Positions 1 to 9,839 of a stretch of DNA of 64,000 bases are shown here, one piece after another (position 1 is the stretch's first letter; the number at the start of each line of letters is the position of its first letter). Under the pieces are notes generated by a model. It was not told the DNA's origin. It saw nothing but the letters and a program-made list of their open reading frames with translations, and made no database searches. Source of the stretch: Candidatus Latescibacterota bacterium. GTDB taxonomy: Bacteria > Latescibacterota > UBA2968 > GCA-2709665. The stretch is taken from NCBI GenBank assembly GCA_965222075.1, contig OZ244937.1, positions 1,632,001-1,696,000 on the forward strand, given 5' to 3'. A program made the position numbers and the translations under genes.

Positions 1-802
1 CATACCCAAACACCCCGACCGGATGCGCATCCGACGAAAACGCATCCACGCCAGCCAGAACCTTCTGCACCTCATACCCGATAATGTGCCGACCCATCTG
101 GTAGGCGGGACTGTAAATGAACTCCCTGTGAGGCTGGTTGGTCATGCGCAAACCGGGGATACCTGAATACGTATCCTGACGGTCGATCAACAAAGGCACA
201 AGCACGCGGCAGCCGTTCTCGGCCAGACGGCGCGCAAATTGCGCCTCCACCGATACGCCCGGCGCCAGACCCACCAACATCTCCGGCGTCACGTCGCAGT
301 CGGGAAGCGCAATCACACTGGCCACCGGCTTCTCTTCCGGCAAAAGAAGCAGACCCTCCCCATCCACACCTTTCAGAACGTTCCAGCGAACTTCCAGAAT
401 CCGATACCCGGCGCCTGTTCCCACTTCAGGACCGGCAGCGGCTGTGAGCTGAAGCTCAACCGCTTCTCGGGAATCCATCAGGCCAATGATCTCCCGAAGG
501 CGCTGCCGATTGGGCTCCACCGATGCCGCATAACGCTCGTGAGATGTAAAATCAGGAGACCAGTATTCCTCACGCCGGCCAGCAATGGCTTCAAGCTCGC
601 GCATCAAAAAACGGTCGATGCCGGCAACCATCTCCGCAGCGAGGTCGCCCTCTACGGTCAGCGGTTCGGTAGCCGGAAACATCACGATCTCTCGACCTGT
701 TTCGGCATCCACAGGATCTCCTCTCTTCTGCGCAAAAGCGGCCAGCACCGTCGTGCCTATTACCAGACCTGCTCCAACACTCCGGATCACACGCGATCTC
801 AC
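1..802 (-). CDS. Alpha/beta hydrolase (dienelactone-hydrolase-like), runs off window edge; probable frameshift near 720
   Basis: Manual translation: long open frame ...VIALPDCDVTPEML...FARRLAENGCRVLVP...HREFIYSPAYQMGRHIIGYEVQKVLAGVDAF...VGVFGY. A GTG at 802 after AAGGGAG gives a signal-peptide-like N-terminus in a different frame, joined across a (GA)n run. Confidence 0.6.
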   Translation of the reverse strand, partial: MRSRVIRSVGAGLVIGTTVLAAFAQKRGDPVDAETGREIVMFPATEPLTVEGDLAAEMVAGIDRFLMRELEAIAGRREEYWSPDFTSHERYAASVEPNRQRLREIIGLMDSREAVELQLTAAAGPEVGTGAGYRILEVRWNVLKGVDGEGLLLLPEEKPVASVIALPDCDVTPEMLVGLAPGVSVEAQFARRLAENGCRVLVPLLIDRQDTYSGIPGLRMTNQPHREFIYSPAYQMGRHIIGYEVQKVLAGVDAFSSDAHPVGVFGY

Positions 803-821
803 AGGTTCGGCTCCCTTGTTT

Positions 822-2819
822 TCAAATATCCCAGGGCGGTTCAATCCACGGGTGAATGCTGTGCCCCGCTCCTGGAAACAGAAACAGATCCACCAGGAAC
901 GCCCCGGCTATCCCCAGCACGTGCCCCACCAGCACCCCCAGGAAAAACGGCCGTGCCCGTTGATACAACGTGATACCGCCCACCCGCAGGATGAGCGACT
1001 TGCAGGCCCACCCCAGAAAGATGGTCAGCGAAAAATTCCTGACCAGGTCGGTCCCCAGAATCGTGAACCCCACCGGATGGAGCGGCCACCACGTGAACCG
1101 GTAGCGCAGGAAAATCAGGATGCCCATCACCACCGCCCCGATCCCGAAAAACATGATCCGGTTCCAGTCGGTATCAAACGGGTTTTTGATCTTGCTGACC
1201 GTATCCCGTAAAATGAGGTCGCCAGAGCCATAAAACGAACGCCCGAAATTCTCCGCACCCTGAGTATACCCCACGTGGAAGTTCCAGACGGTCAACACAC
1301 ACGTCGTCACCAGGTACGAGAGGCACACGGCCGCAAAGAGCCGCCTCCCCTGCTCCCGGACCGGCACCCTGGCAATATGCGCCATCCCCGGCACCGCGCC
1401 CAAACCAATACGATAGGAAAACGCCAGGGAGACCAGACTCGAAGGCGATACCGCCCTGGTCCCCACGAGATACACGGAAAAACTCTGAGCCGTCATCGGC
1501 CCCTGTACATAGAGCAACCCCGACTCGGCGATGATGCGGGCTATACCGATATAGAGAATGAACACCATCCCCACCAGCGGAACGGCCATCTTGTAATCCA
1601 TTCCCAACCGGTGAAGCCATAAGATCGCAAACACTGCCCCCAGCAAAATCCCCACGACCGCCGTCCGGTAAGACAGCAGCTCGCGCGAATCGTCCACCGG
1701 ATAGTCCGACCGCCACGCCTTCAACAGCACATTCTTCAGATGCCCCCTGGCCATCCACAGCCCGAACAGCACGAACACGCAAAACGCACCCATCCCCTGC
1801 CAACTCGATGCCGCATCGTAAGACCCGGCGCGGTCCCCCCTGCTGCCAATGCTGTAGCCAAGCCGGTTGAACGTTCCGAACTCCGCCACAAATACCGCGA
1901 AAAAAAACCAGACGCTAAACAGAATATCCAGATTGGCAAAGTAGGAAAATGCGAAGGTGAAGGGATCCACATAGCTGAACATCCGCGGCATATCCCGACC
2001 GAAAAACGCATAGATCCGCCCGCGCACGGGCAATTCGGGAAAAACCGGAGAAATCCAGGGCAGTGCATTCCAGAAGATAAACACAAACGCAATGCTGGCG
2101 CCAAACCAGAAGAGCCTCCCGCGGGCGAACGCCGGCCACCGCCGCTCGGAATCCGACCCCTCGGCCATCTCCAGCACGGGTTCCAGCACGGGATACCGCA
2201 GCCGCTCGTTCTCCGCCCACTGCTTCCGCAGCACCACCGCAATCGAGGCTCCGGCAAAGGCCAGCACCATAAACAGCAGCATCCACCAGAACATCGGAAC
2301 CACCCACGCTCTCCACGGGATATCTCCCCCTTCAGGCACCCCTTTGAACAGCAGCGTCACCGCACCGTCAACATCTAAGGGCGCGATCCAGGACGGTATG
2401 TAAGGGTGCAGCAGCTTTTCCCATTGATTCTCGGGACTGGCAAAATAGTAGAGATTGGAAATGATGGAGAGGCTGATCGGTCCCCCTCCCACCAGACCCA
2501 TTGCAAAAATCGTCATCACTTCCTGGAGGCTCAACCCGGCAGAACGACGCCTCCACTTGAGGATCGGATTCACAAGGCACAGGACAATCATCAGGGCCAC
2601 GAGCAGGGCCGGAGAGATGAAACCGGCACTCACGCCGGAAGAGTGGACCACCCGGGCCGAATAGATGGCCCAGCTCCGGATAAACAGAGTCAGGATCAGC
2701 CCGATGACGACCGCCCGGGCCGTCACGCCTCGCCTCTTTATTCCAGGCGCCTCTGCTTCCGGATGCGAAGCTGGTTGGACTTGCTGCACATTTTTTCTCA
2801 GGTAAAACTGCAAACTCAT
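822..2819 (-). CDS. Polytopic membrane protein, DUF6785/DUF6784-like (OPT-like putative peptide transporter), copy 1
   Basis: Many TM segments; motifs YFASPENQW, LRKQWAENERLRYP, WWPLHPVGF, ILRVGG..LYQRARPFFLG. Start uncertain (2819 or GTG 2789). Confidence 0.8.
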   Translation of the reverse strand: MSLQFYLRKNVQQVQPASHPEAEAPGIKRRGVTARAVVIGLILTLFIRSWAIYSARVVHSSGVSAGFISPALLVALMIVLCLVNPILKWRRRSAGLSLQEVMTIFAMGLVGGGPISLSIISNLYYFASPENQWEKLLHPYIPSWIAPLDVDGAVTLLFKGVPEGGDIPWRAWVVPMFWWMLLFMVLAFAGASIAVVLRKQWAENERLRYPVLEPVLEMAEGSDSERRWPAFARGRLFWFGASIAFVFIFWNALPWISPVFPELPVRGRIYAFFGRDMPRMFSYVDPFTFAFSYFANLDILFSVWFFFAVFVAEFGTFNRLGYSIGSRGDRAGSYDAASSWQGMGAFCVFVLFGLWMARGHLKNVLLKAWRSDYPVDDSRELLSYRTAVVGILLGAVFAILWLHRLGMDYKMAVPLVGMVFILYIGIARIIAESGLLYVQGPMTAQSFSVYLVGTRAVSPSSLVSLAFSYRIGLGAVPGMAHIARVPVREQGRRLFAAVCLSYLVTTCVLTVWNFHVGYTQGAENFGRSFYGSGDLILRDTVSKIKNPFDTDWNRIMFFGIGAVVMGILIFLRYRFTWWPLHPVGFTILGTDLVRNFSLTIFLGWACKSLILRVGGITLYQRARPFFLGVLVGHVLGIAGAFLVDLFLFPGAGHSIHPWIEPPWDI

Positions 2820-2975
2820 CAAACCAGAACTGATCTCCCTCAGTGGCGTTCCGGTGTGTGTAAGAACGGAACCGACACAGGTATTTGACGCCCTTGAGAT
2901 GCTGACGTATCGTGCGCGCATCCAGAATAATCTCGTGCCAGTCTCCATCGTCCACAAGCGTATAGGCACCAGGAC

Positions 2976-5900
2976 CTATATCCCTATCTTCTCCTCTTTC
3001 AGTTCCAGAAGTTCCCTGCCCTGCCCGGTATAATCCGCCCTCGTCTCCGGAGGCATCGTCTTCCAGACCAGAAACAACTTCCGAATATCGTTCAAAAACC
3101 CCCGGTTCACACGCTGCCAGGAAGTCACATCCCCACTCAACCGGTGGATCTCAACATCGATCCCGTAAATGTCGTGCTCCCCCGTCGGAATCGCATGCAT
3201 CCGCACATCCTGGCTGATCCCCAAATCGTAAGGCGCCAGCCATACCCGCAGCGCTATTTGATACTCCGCCCCGGCCGACCGCTCCTCCGACCGGAAACGC
3301 ACACCTTCCGTGACAAACTTCCCTATGGACCCCTCCCCGAACGACTCGAACGACTTCTTCAAATAGGTATACATCCCCAATGCCTCTCCACCCCCCATCG
3401 TGAACGGAAAGTCAAACGACCAGTTGTCCCCATCCGGATCGGGGAACGCCCACCGTCTCGTCACGTCGGGCACCGACATCTCCTCTGCCTTCCGGGCAGG
3501 ATAGAGAGCGGACAGGAACACCGTAAGCATCACGATCAGCGTGGAAGAGACCGCAGACAGCGAGGAGTAGTTGAGAGACAACCCCCCCAGCGCACCCTGT
3601 TCATACAGGACCATGGCCAGCGTCTGCCCAATCAAATACCCAAACGCTGCCCCGAGAGTAGCAAAGACAGCCGCCTCGGCCAGGAAAAGCGATGCAATGT
3701 GGCTGGGCGCCAGCCCCACGGCCGAATAGATACCGATCTCCCTGAACCGCTCATACACCGCCCCCATCATCGTGTTCAGCACGATCAACGCCGCAATCAA
3801 CAGCGGAATGAACAGGTTGAACATCCCGGAGATCGACGTGCCCCCAATGGAACTGTAGACTGTAACCCGGTCTCCAATGCCCACAAACATCGTCAACGAC
3901 ACCCGCGCCATAAAGCCCTCGATCTCCGATCGGATGTCCGATATCGGGTTGCCCCCGGCATCCCGGAAATCGGTTATCGCAATCGACCGGAGCATCCCCC
4001 CGGTCTCCATCACAAACGCGTAAGGAAGAACGATCGTATTGCTTGCATCCAGGTGGACAAACGCCTCGATAGGTGAGGCGGCCACCACTCTGGGGTCCTC
4101 GCTTAGATACCGCCGGTCGCTGGTGCTCCTGGTCTCCATCGTGGTATCGATCGGGGTCAGTTTCTCGTCGTCCATGTCCTCCGTCCAGTCGAAGGCCTTC
4201 GAGTCCAGGATGCCGACCACCGTGAAATCGACTCCCAGCATGCGCACCCGGGCCCGCCCTGCATCCACGTCCACTGGAGAGATCCCGACCAGATCGGCCA
4301 TCTCGTCGGGCAGAATCATCACATGTTGTTCTCCTTCCCGGAACCACCTGCCCGCCGTCAGCAGCCGGTCGATACCCATCACATCCACCTCCTGAGGGGT
4401 CATACCCAGCAGACCGTTGGCAAAACTCCGTCTCTCCGTCCCGAGAACCTCAAAGTCTACATAAGCCAGTTCTCCCCGCTGCTCAGCAATATAGAACGCA
4501 CGAGGCGCCACAAGAGCAATGCTGCTGAAGTGACTGTCAACATAGTCCAGCACGGAGGTCTGCATCCCTCCCCAGTTTCGGTTGCGGATCATTCCGCCCT
4601 GGTACGGCGGCCTGTTGTCCCGCGGTAGCTTGTAAAAACGCAGATAGGTCTGAATAGACGTGAACGAAAGCACTGTAAAGGTCAAAAGCGTCAGCGTCAC
4701 CGCCGTCAACCCCGTCCGCAGCGGACGCTTCCTCAAATTGGAAATCCCCAGCGTAAACGCCACAAGCGTGGCGGACATCCTCCCCACATCCTCCTGATAC
4801 ACACCCGCGGCGGCGCGCTTCATCTTCCGCATCTCTTCTGCAAACTTGGACACCACAATGGCAATCGCCACGCCCCCCAGGCACATGATCACAAAGGCCA
4901 GAAAGATGATGTAAGAGGAGTTCGAGAGCTTGAACGCCGGGTGCACCTTGTAAAGCGCCAAAAACATAACAACAAAAATGCCCGTAAACCCCATAACTTT
5001 CTTTTGAATCTCCGCAAACCCGAAAAAGAGGCGCTCACAGAAAAACGAAAACGGCAGCAGCAAAATGAAATAGAAGATAATACCCCGCACCGTGTCGTTG
5101 GCCGTCTCCTTCACCTCCGGATATCCCCGTGCCTCCAGACCCCACGCCTCCCGGGCAGCCGCAATAAACCGATCGTAGACCAGACCCTCCAGGTGACGCT
5201 TCGCCTCCAGCAGAGAAGCCCGTGCCTTCTCGTGCAGCCGCGAAAGCCGCTGGTTGGACACACCGTAACGCGCCAGTTGCTTCATCCGCACGTCGTCCAC
5301 AATCCACATATCCCGCGCCGCACGGTAAGAAGGCAGCGACACGATCTCCCCCTCTGCCGCATAACCCTCTCCCTGCGCCCTCTTCAGTGCCCGGTCGTCA
5401 ACCTCCCCCGCATCCACCGGGTCAACCAGCAACTCCTCCGGCGCATTGATCAGCAAATACTTGATCCCGAATATCCCGCTGCTCATCAAAATCTTGATCC
5501 GCTCCCCGGGCGGAGCAAAGGCCACCGCCGCCTGCGTGACCTTCCCCTCCTTCGTACCCTGGTTGGCAACGTATCGAAACCCATACTCCTGAGGTTCGCT
5601 GTTGTCCCTCCCCAGCACCTTCATATAATCCAGGGCCGACAGGTAGCTGGAATCTACGATTTCAAAAAGACTCAGGGCCCGGCACTTAAACAGGATGTTC
5701 ATCATCTCATTCTCCCACCATCCGAACCCCTGCACCAGGGGGAAATTCCCGCTCTTCCCGTCCGGCCCTGCCCCCTCTCTGCCGAAGTCGGGAGCCGACA
5801 CAATCTGGCCCTCTTCGCCGACCTCGTAGGCCAGAATCTCGTTAGACCACCGGTTTCTCATAATGTCGAATGCAAAACGTCCCGTCTGCTCAACGACCTC

Positions 5901-7706
5901 CCGGGGACCGTAAAGCGGCCCCCGAGACGCCGGCCCCTCGTAAATAGGCCCCTCCGTGGCCCGGGTCACCATCAGCGTCCGCACCCCCGCCAGGCTCACC
6001 GGCCCCGGCTGCTTGTACGTCACCAGCGCCCCGGGCACCGGCACCCGCGGAATCGCAAAATCCACATTCCGGTCGAACCAGAGAACCCGCCCGGCGAGGC
6101 GGTGCCCATCGTCTCTCAACTTTAACTGGGTATCCTGAAAAAACGTCGGATCGTTCCCCGCTCGGATCATCAGTGCCGCCACCGTATGCACCTGCTCGGT
6201 CAGCCGGTCGAACGCCATCGCCTCCGGCACGTCCAGAGGCGTATCCGCACGCGCCCTGCCGTCATACAGCGTCGCCAGGGTCATCGCCGTCTGCCCCACA
6301 AACGCCGCCGCTTCGTGGTCGAATCCAAACGGAACCGGCAGAAACGACGTCCAGGGCCGCTTGGCAGGCAGCACCGCCTCCACATAGCGCTCCTCGCCGG
6401 GAAACAGCGCTTTGGCATACTCCTGGAAGATGTCCGAATAAGGTTTGAGCAGATTTTGCCACATCGTCACCTGTCGCCTTGTGGGTTTATAAAACTTCCC
6501 CAGCGCAAATCCCCCAACCTGGCTGCTCTGACTCGACAAATCCAGCCCGATAAACAGCCTGAAATCGATCCGATCAACCCCCGACATCCGCTCCCGAAAA
6601 TACGTGCTCCCACGCGCGTGCCGAAACAAAAAATCATTGATGCCCGACAACCCCTCAAAATGACCCGACGTCGCCAGAAACAGAAACGAACACTTGTGAC
6701 CATAAACCCTCAAGGCCCGGATCACCTCCAGCATCGCCGCAACCCCCGAGGCGCTCTCCGCGCCAAAACCCAACCCCGGCACCACCGACATCGCATCATA
6801 ATACGCCTCCACCACAACAAGCTGATCCCCCCACAACTGACCACCCCGGCCAGGAACCGGCTCGTCCGAACCAGGCAAATACCCGTAAATGTTCCGCGCT
6901 TCCACCGCCTCCCACTCCATCCGCGCACGCAAATAAACCTCCACCTCCCCAGACTCAGCAAGCTCCAAAAGCCGTCCCGCTCCCTCCCTGGAAATCCAAA
7001 ACCGGGGCACGTTCACCGGCACCTCCAGAAACTTCTCCTCCGCCTCCCCGCGCGTCACATTCCCGTCGTCGAAAAACACAATCGCCTTCGCCCCCAGCGC
7101 ACGGACGTTCAGATAGTTCTGCCCGCACCCGAAGTCCATCAACACAACGCTCCCCTCCACAACCTGCCCGTTGAAGTCAGCATACTCCCCCTTCCGACCG
7201 TAAATCAACCGACCTTCTACCCCTCCGGCAGGCAGCGTGGGCATGCGCACACCGTTGGGCCACAAACAGTAAATCGGAACCTCCTCGCCCGTCGCTTCCA
7301 CCCTCAACACACCCCCGCGGTCTATCGGAACGGCCACCTCGAACGCCTCGGTGGTGATCCGCTCCAGCCCCAGCGCCTCGAACTGCGACCGAATGTAGTC
7401 ATAGGCGGCCCTCTCCCCTTCATATCCCACCACCCTGGAGGACCCCCGGCTCAGCGCCTCTACGTGAGACCGCACGCGGGCTTCACCGATGCCATCCACT
7501 ACCTCCCGAATCGCCCGGTCCCTGGCAGACAGGTCCAGATCCGCATCGGCCGCCGACGACGCCACCTGTCTCAGGCCAAACGTGTCCCTTATGGCGTCTG
7601 ATACCTCTTCAGGATCGAATACAGCCATCAGCACAAGAAGACCCAGTGTCAACCCCGTCAGGAAGACCCTTCTGATCCGGTAAAGCCACGATCTTTTCTC
7701 TGACAT
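2976..7706 (-). CDS. Giant fusion: M28-peptidase-like/PA domain + large soluble region + FtsX-like permease
   Basis: M28-like VVVEAYYD..GAESASGVAAMLE; NLRKRPLRTGLT and IVLNTMMGAVYERFREIGIYSAVGLAP (FtsX/MacB permease signature). Confidence 0.85.
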   Translation of the reverse strand: MSEKRSWLYRIRRVFLTGLTLGLLVLMAVFDPEEVSDAIRDTFGLRQVASSAADADLDLSARDRAIREVVDGIGEARVRSHVEALSRGSSRVVGYEGERAAYDYIRSQFEALGLERITTEAFEVAVPIDRGGVLRVEATGEEVPIYCLWPNGVRMPTLPAGGVEGRLIYGRKGEYADFNGQVVEGSVVLMDFGCGQNYLNVRALGAKAIVFFDDGNVTRGEAEEKFLEVPVNVPRFWISREGAGRLLELAESGEVEVYLRARMEWEAVEARNIYGYLPGSDEPVPGRGGQLWGDQLVVVEAYYDAMSVVPGLGFGAESASGVAAMLEVIRALRVYGHKCSFLFLATSGHFEGLSGINDFLFRHARGSTYFRERMSGVDRIDFRLFIGLDLSSQSSQVGGFALGKFYKPTRRQVTMWQNLLKPYSDIFQEYAKALFPGEERYVEAVLPAKRPWTSFLPVPFGFDHEAAAFVGQTAMTLATLYDGRARADTPLDVPEAMAFDRLTEQVHTVAALMIRAGNDPTFFQDTQLKLRDDGHRLAGRVLWFDRNVDFAIPRVPVPGALVTYKQPGPVSLAGVRTLMVTRATEGPIYEGPASRGPLYGPREVVEQTGRFAFDIMRNRWSNEILAYEVGEEGQIVSAPDFGREGAGPDGKSGNFPLVQGFGWWENEMMNILFKCRALSLFEIVDSSYLSALDYMKVLGRDNSEPQEYGFRYVANQGTKEGKVTQAAVAFAPPGERIKILMSSGIFGIKYLLINAPEELLVDPVDAGEVDDRALKRAQGEGYAAEGEIVSLPSYRAARDMWIVDDVRMKQLARYGVSNQRLSRLHEKARASLLEAKRHLEGLVYDRFIAAAREAWGLEARGYPEVKETANDTVRGIIFYFILLLPFSFFCERLFFGFAEIQKKVMGFTGIFVVMFLALYKVHPAFKLSNSSYIIFLAFVIMCLGGVAIAIVVSKFAEEMRKMKRAAAGVYQEDVGRMSATLVAFTLGISNLRKRPLRTGLTAVTLTLLTFTVLSFTSIQTYLRFYKLPRDNRPPYQGGMIRNRNWGGMQTSVLDYVDSHFSSIALVAPRAFYIAEQRGELAYVDFEVLGTERRSFANGLLGMTPQEVDVMGIDRLLTAGRWFREGEQHVMILPDEMADLVGISPVDVDAGRARVRMLGVDFTVVGILDSKAFDWTEDMDDEKLTPIDTTMETRSTSDRRYLSEDPRVVAASPIEAFVHLDASNTIVLPYAFVMETGGMLRSIAITDFRDAGGNPISDIRSEIEGFMARVSLTMFVGIGDRVTVYSSIGGTSISGMFNLFIPLLIAALIVLNTMMGAVYERFREIGIYSAVGLAPSHIASLFLAEAAVFATLGAAFGYLIGQTLAMVLYEQGALGGLSLNYSSLSAVSSTLIVMLTVFLSALYPARKAEEMSVPDVTRRWAFPDPDGDNWSFDFPFTMGGGEALGMYTYLKKSFESFGEGSIGKFVTEGVRFRSEERSAGAEYQIALRVWLAPYDLGISQDVRMHAIPTGEHDIYGIDVEIHRLSGDVTSWQRVNRGFLNDIRKLFLVWKTMPPETRADYTGQGRELLELKEEKIGI

Positions 7707-7735
7707 TTTGGAAAAACCCTGTAGAGTCAAGCTTC

Positions 7736-9691
7736 TTAGATATCCCAGGGCGGTTCAATCCACGGGTGAATGCTGTGCCCCGCTCCTGGAAACAGAAACA
7801 GATCCACCAGAAACGCCCCGGCTATCCCCAGCACGTGCCCCACCAGCACCCCCAGGAAAAACGGCCGTGCCCGTTGATACAGCGTGATACCGCCCACCCG
7901 CAGGATCAGCGACTTGCAGGCCCACCCCAGAAAGATGGTCAGCGAAAAATTCCTGACCAGATCGGTCCCCAGAATCGTGAACCCCACCGGATGGAGCGGC
8001 CACCACGTGAACCGGTAGCGCAGGAAAACCAGGATGCCCATCACCACCGCCCCGATCCCGAAAAACATGATCCGGTTCCAGTCGGTATCAAACGGGTTTT
8101 TGATCTTGCTGACCGTATCCCGCAAAACAAGATCGCCCAGGCCGTAGAACGAACGCCCGAAGTTCTCCGCCCCTTGCGTATAACCCAGGTAGAGCGTCCA
8201 GATGTTCATAAGGCACGTCGTTGCCAGGAACGACAGACACACGGCCGCAAAGAGCCGCCTCCCCTGCTCCCGGACCGGCTCTGAAGCCCTGGCGATGTGC
8301 GCCGTCTGCGACAGCGAATTCTGGTGGATCGGATAGGAAAACACCAGGGAGACCAGGCTCGAAGGCGATACTGTTTTGACCCCCACGAGATACACAGAGA
8401 AGCTCTGAGCCGTTATCGGCCCCTGCACATACAGCAGCCCCGACTCGGCGATGATGCGGGCCACGCCGATATAGAGAATCAAGAGTACCGCCACAAGCGG
8501 CATAGCCATCTTATAGTCCATCCCCGCCTCGTGAAGCCATACAATGGTGAACACCGTCCCAAATACAATCCCCACAACCGCCGTCCGATAAGACAGCAGC
8601 TCGCGCGAATCGTCCACCGGATGCTCCGACCGCCACGCCTTCAACAGCACATCCTTCAGATGCCCCCTGGCCATCCACAGCCCGAACAGCACGAACACGC
8701 AAAACGCACCCGTCCCCTGCCAACTCGATGCCGCATCATAAGATCCCCACCGATCCCCCCTGCCGCCAATGCTGTAGCCAAGCCGGTTGAACGTTCCGAA
8801 CTCCGCCACAAATACCGCGAAAAAAAACCAGACGCTAAACAGAATATCCAGATTGGCAAAGTAGGAAAATGCGAAGGTGAAGGGATCCACATAGCTGAAC
8901 ATCCGCGGCATATCCCGACCGAAAAACGCGTACACCCGCCCGCGCACGGGCAATTCGGGAAAAACCGGGGAAATCCAGGGCAGTGCATTCCAGAAGATAA
9001 ACACAAACGCAATGCTGGCGCCAAACCAGAAGAGCCTCCCGCGGGCGAACGCCGGCCACCGCCGCTCGGAATCCGACCCCTCGGCCATCTCCAGCACGGG
9101 TTCCAGCACGGGATACCGCAGCCGCTCGTTCTCCGCCCACTGCTTCCGCAGCACCACCGCAATCGAGGTCCCGGCAAAAGCCAGAACCCCGAAAAGCAGC
9201 GTCCACCAGAACATCGGAACCACCCACGCTCTCCACGGGATATCTCCCCCTTCAGGCACCCCTTTGAACAGCAGCGTCACCGCACCGTCAACATCTAAGG
9301 GCGCGATCCAGGAGGGCAGATAAGGGTGCAGCAGCTTTTCCCACTGATTCTCAGGAGTGGCAAAATAGTAAGGGTTGGTAATAAAAGAGAGTAAGGTGTT
9401 GATGGGTGCCCCGCCTATCAGGCCCATCGCAAAGACCGTGATCACCTCCTGGAGGCTTAACCCCCCCGACCGTCGGATCCACTTGAGAATCGGATTGAAC
9501 AGACACAGGACAAATATCATCGCCACGAACAGGGCAGGAGAAAGAAAACCGGACGTGATATAAGAAGATCGGATCACCCGCACCGAATAGATGGCCCAGC
9601 CCTGGACAAATAGAGCCACGACCAGGCCGATGACAATCGACCGCCCCGTCACGCCCCGCAACGGTAATCTTTTCGTATTGACATCTGCCAA
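7736..9691 (-). CDS. DUF6785/DUF6784-like membrane protein, copy 2
   Basis: 651 aa paralogue of 822-2819 with long blocks of near-identical DNA. Confidence 0.85.
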   Translation of the reverse strand: MADVNTKRLPLRGVTGRSIVIGLVVALFVQGWAIYSVRVIRSSYITSGFLSPALFVAMIFVLCLFNPILKWIRRSGGLSLQEVITVFAMGLIGGAPINTLLSFITNPYYFATPENQWEKLLHPYLPSWIAPLDVDGAVTLLFKGVPEGGDIPWRAWVVPMFWWTLLFGVLAFAGTSIAVVLRKQWAENERLRYPVLEPVLEMAEGSDSERRWPAFARGRLFWFGASIAFVFIFWNALPWISPVFPELPVRGRVYAFFGRDMPRMFSYVDPFTFAFSYFANLDILFSVWFFFAVFVAEFGTFNRLGYSIGGRGDRWGSYDAASSWQGTGAFCVFVLFGLWMARGHLKDVLLKAWRSEHPVDDSRELLSYRTAVVGIVFGTVFTIVWLHEAGMDYKMAMPLVAVLLILYIGVARIIAESGLLYVQGPITAQSFSVYLVGVKTVSPSSLVSLVFSYPIHQNSLSQTAHIARASEPVREQGRRLFAAVCLSFLATTCLMNIWTLYLGYTQGAENFGRSFYGLGDLVLRDTVSKIKNPFDTDWNRIMFFGIGAVVMGILVFLRYRFTWWPLHPVGFTILGTDLVRNFSLTIFLGWACKSLILRVGGITLYQRARPFFLGVLVGHVLGIAGAFLVDLFLFPGAGHSIHPWIEPPWDI

Positions 9692-9839
9692 TTAAATACC
9701 TTACATATTTGATTGTACGCTTTGTACCTTTTCCATTAATGAACGCCCGGGTCAATGTAACCGGCAATGGGGGTCAACGATCATGAATCGCACCCGAAGA
9801 GATACGGCCTTTTTTATTTTCAGTCGCAAAGATTCGCCG

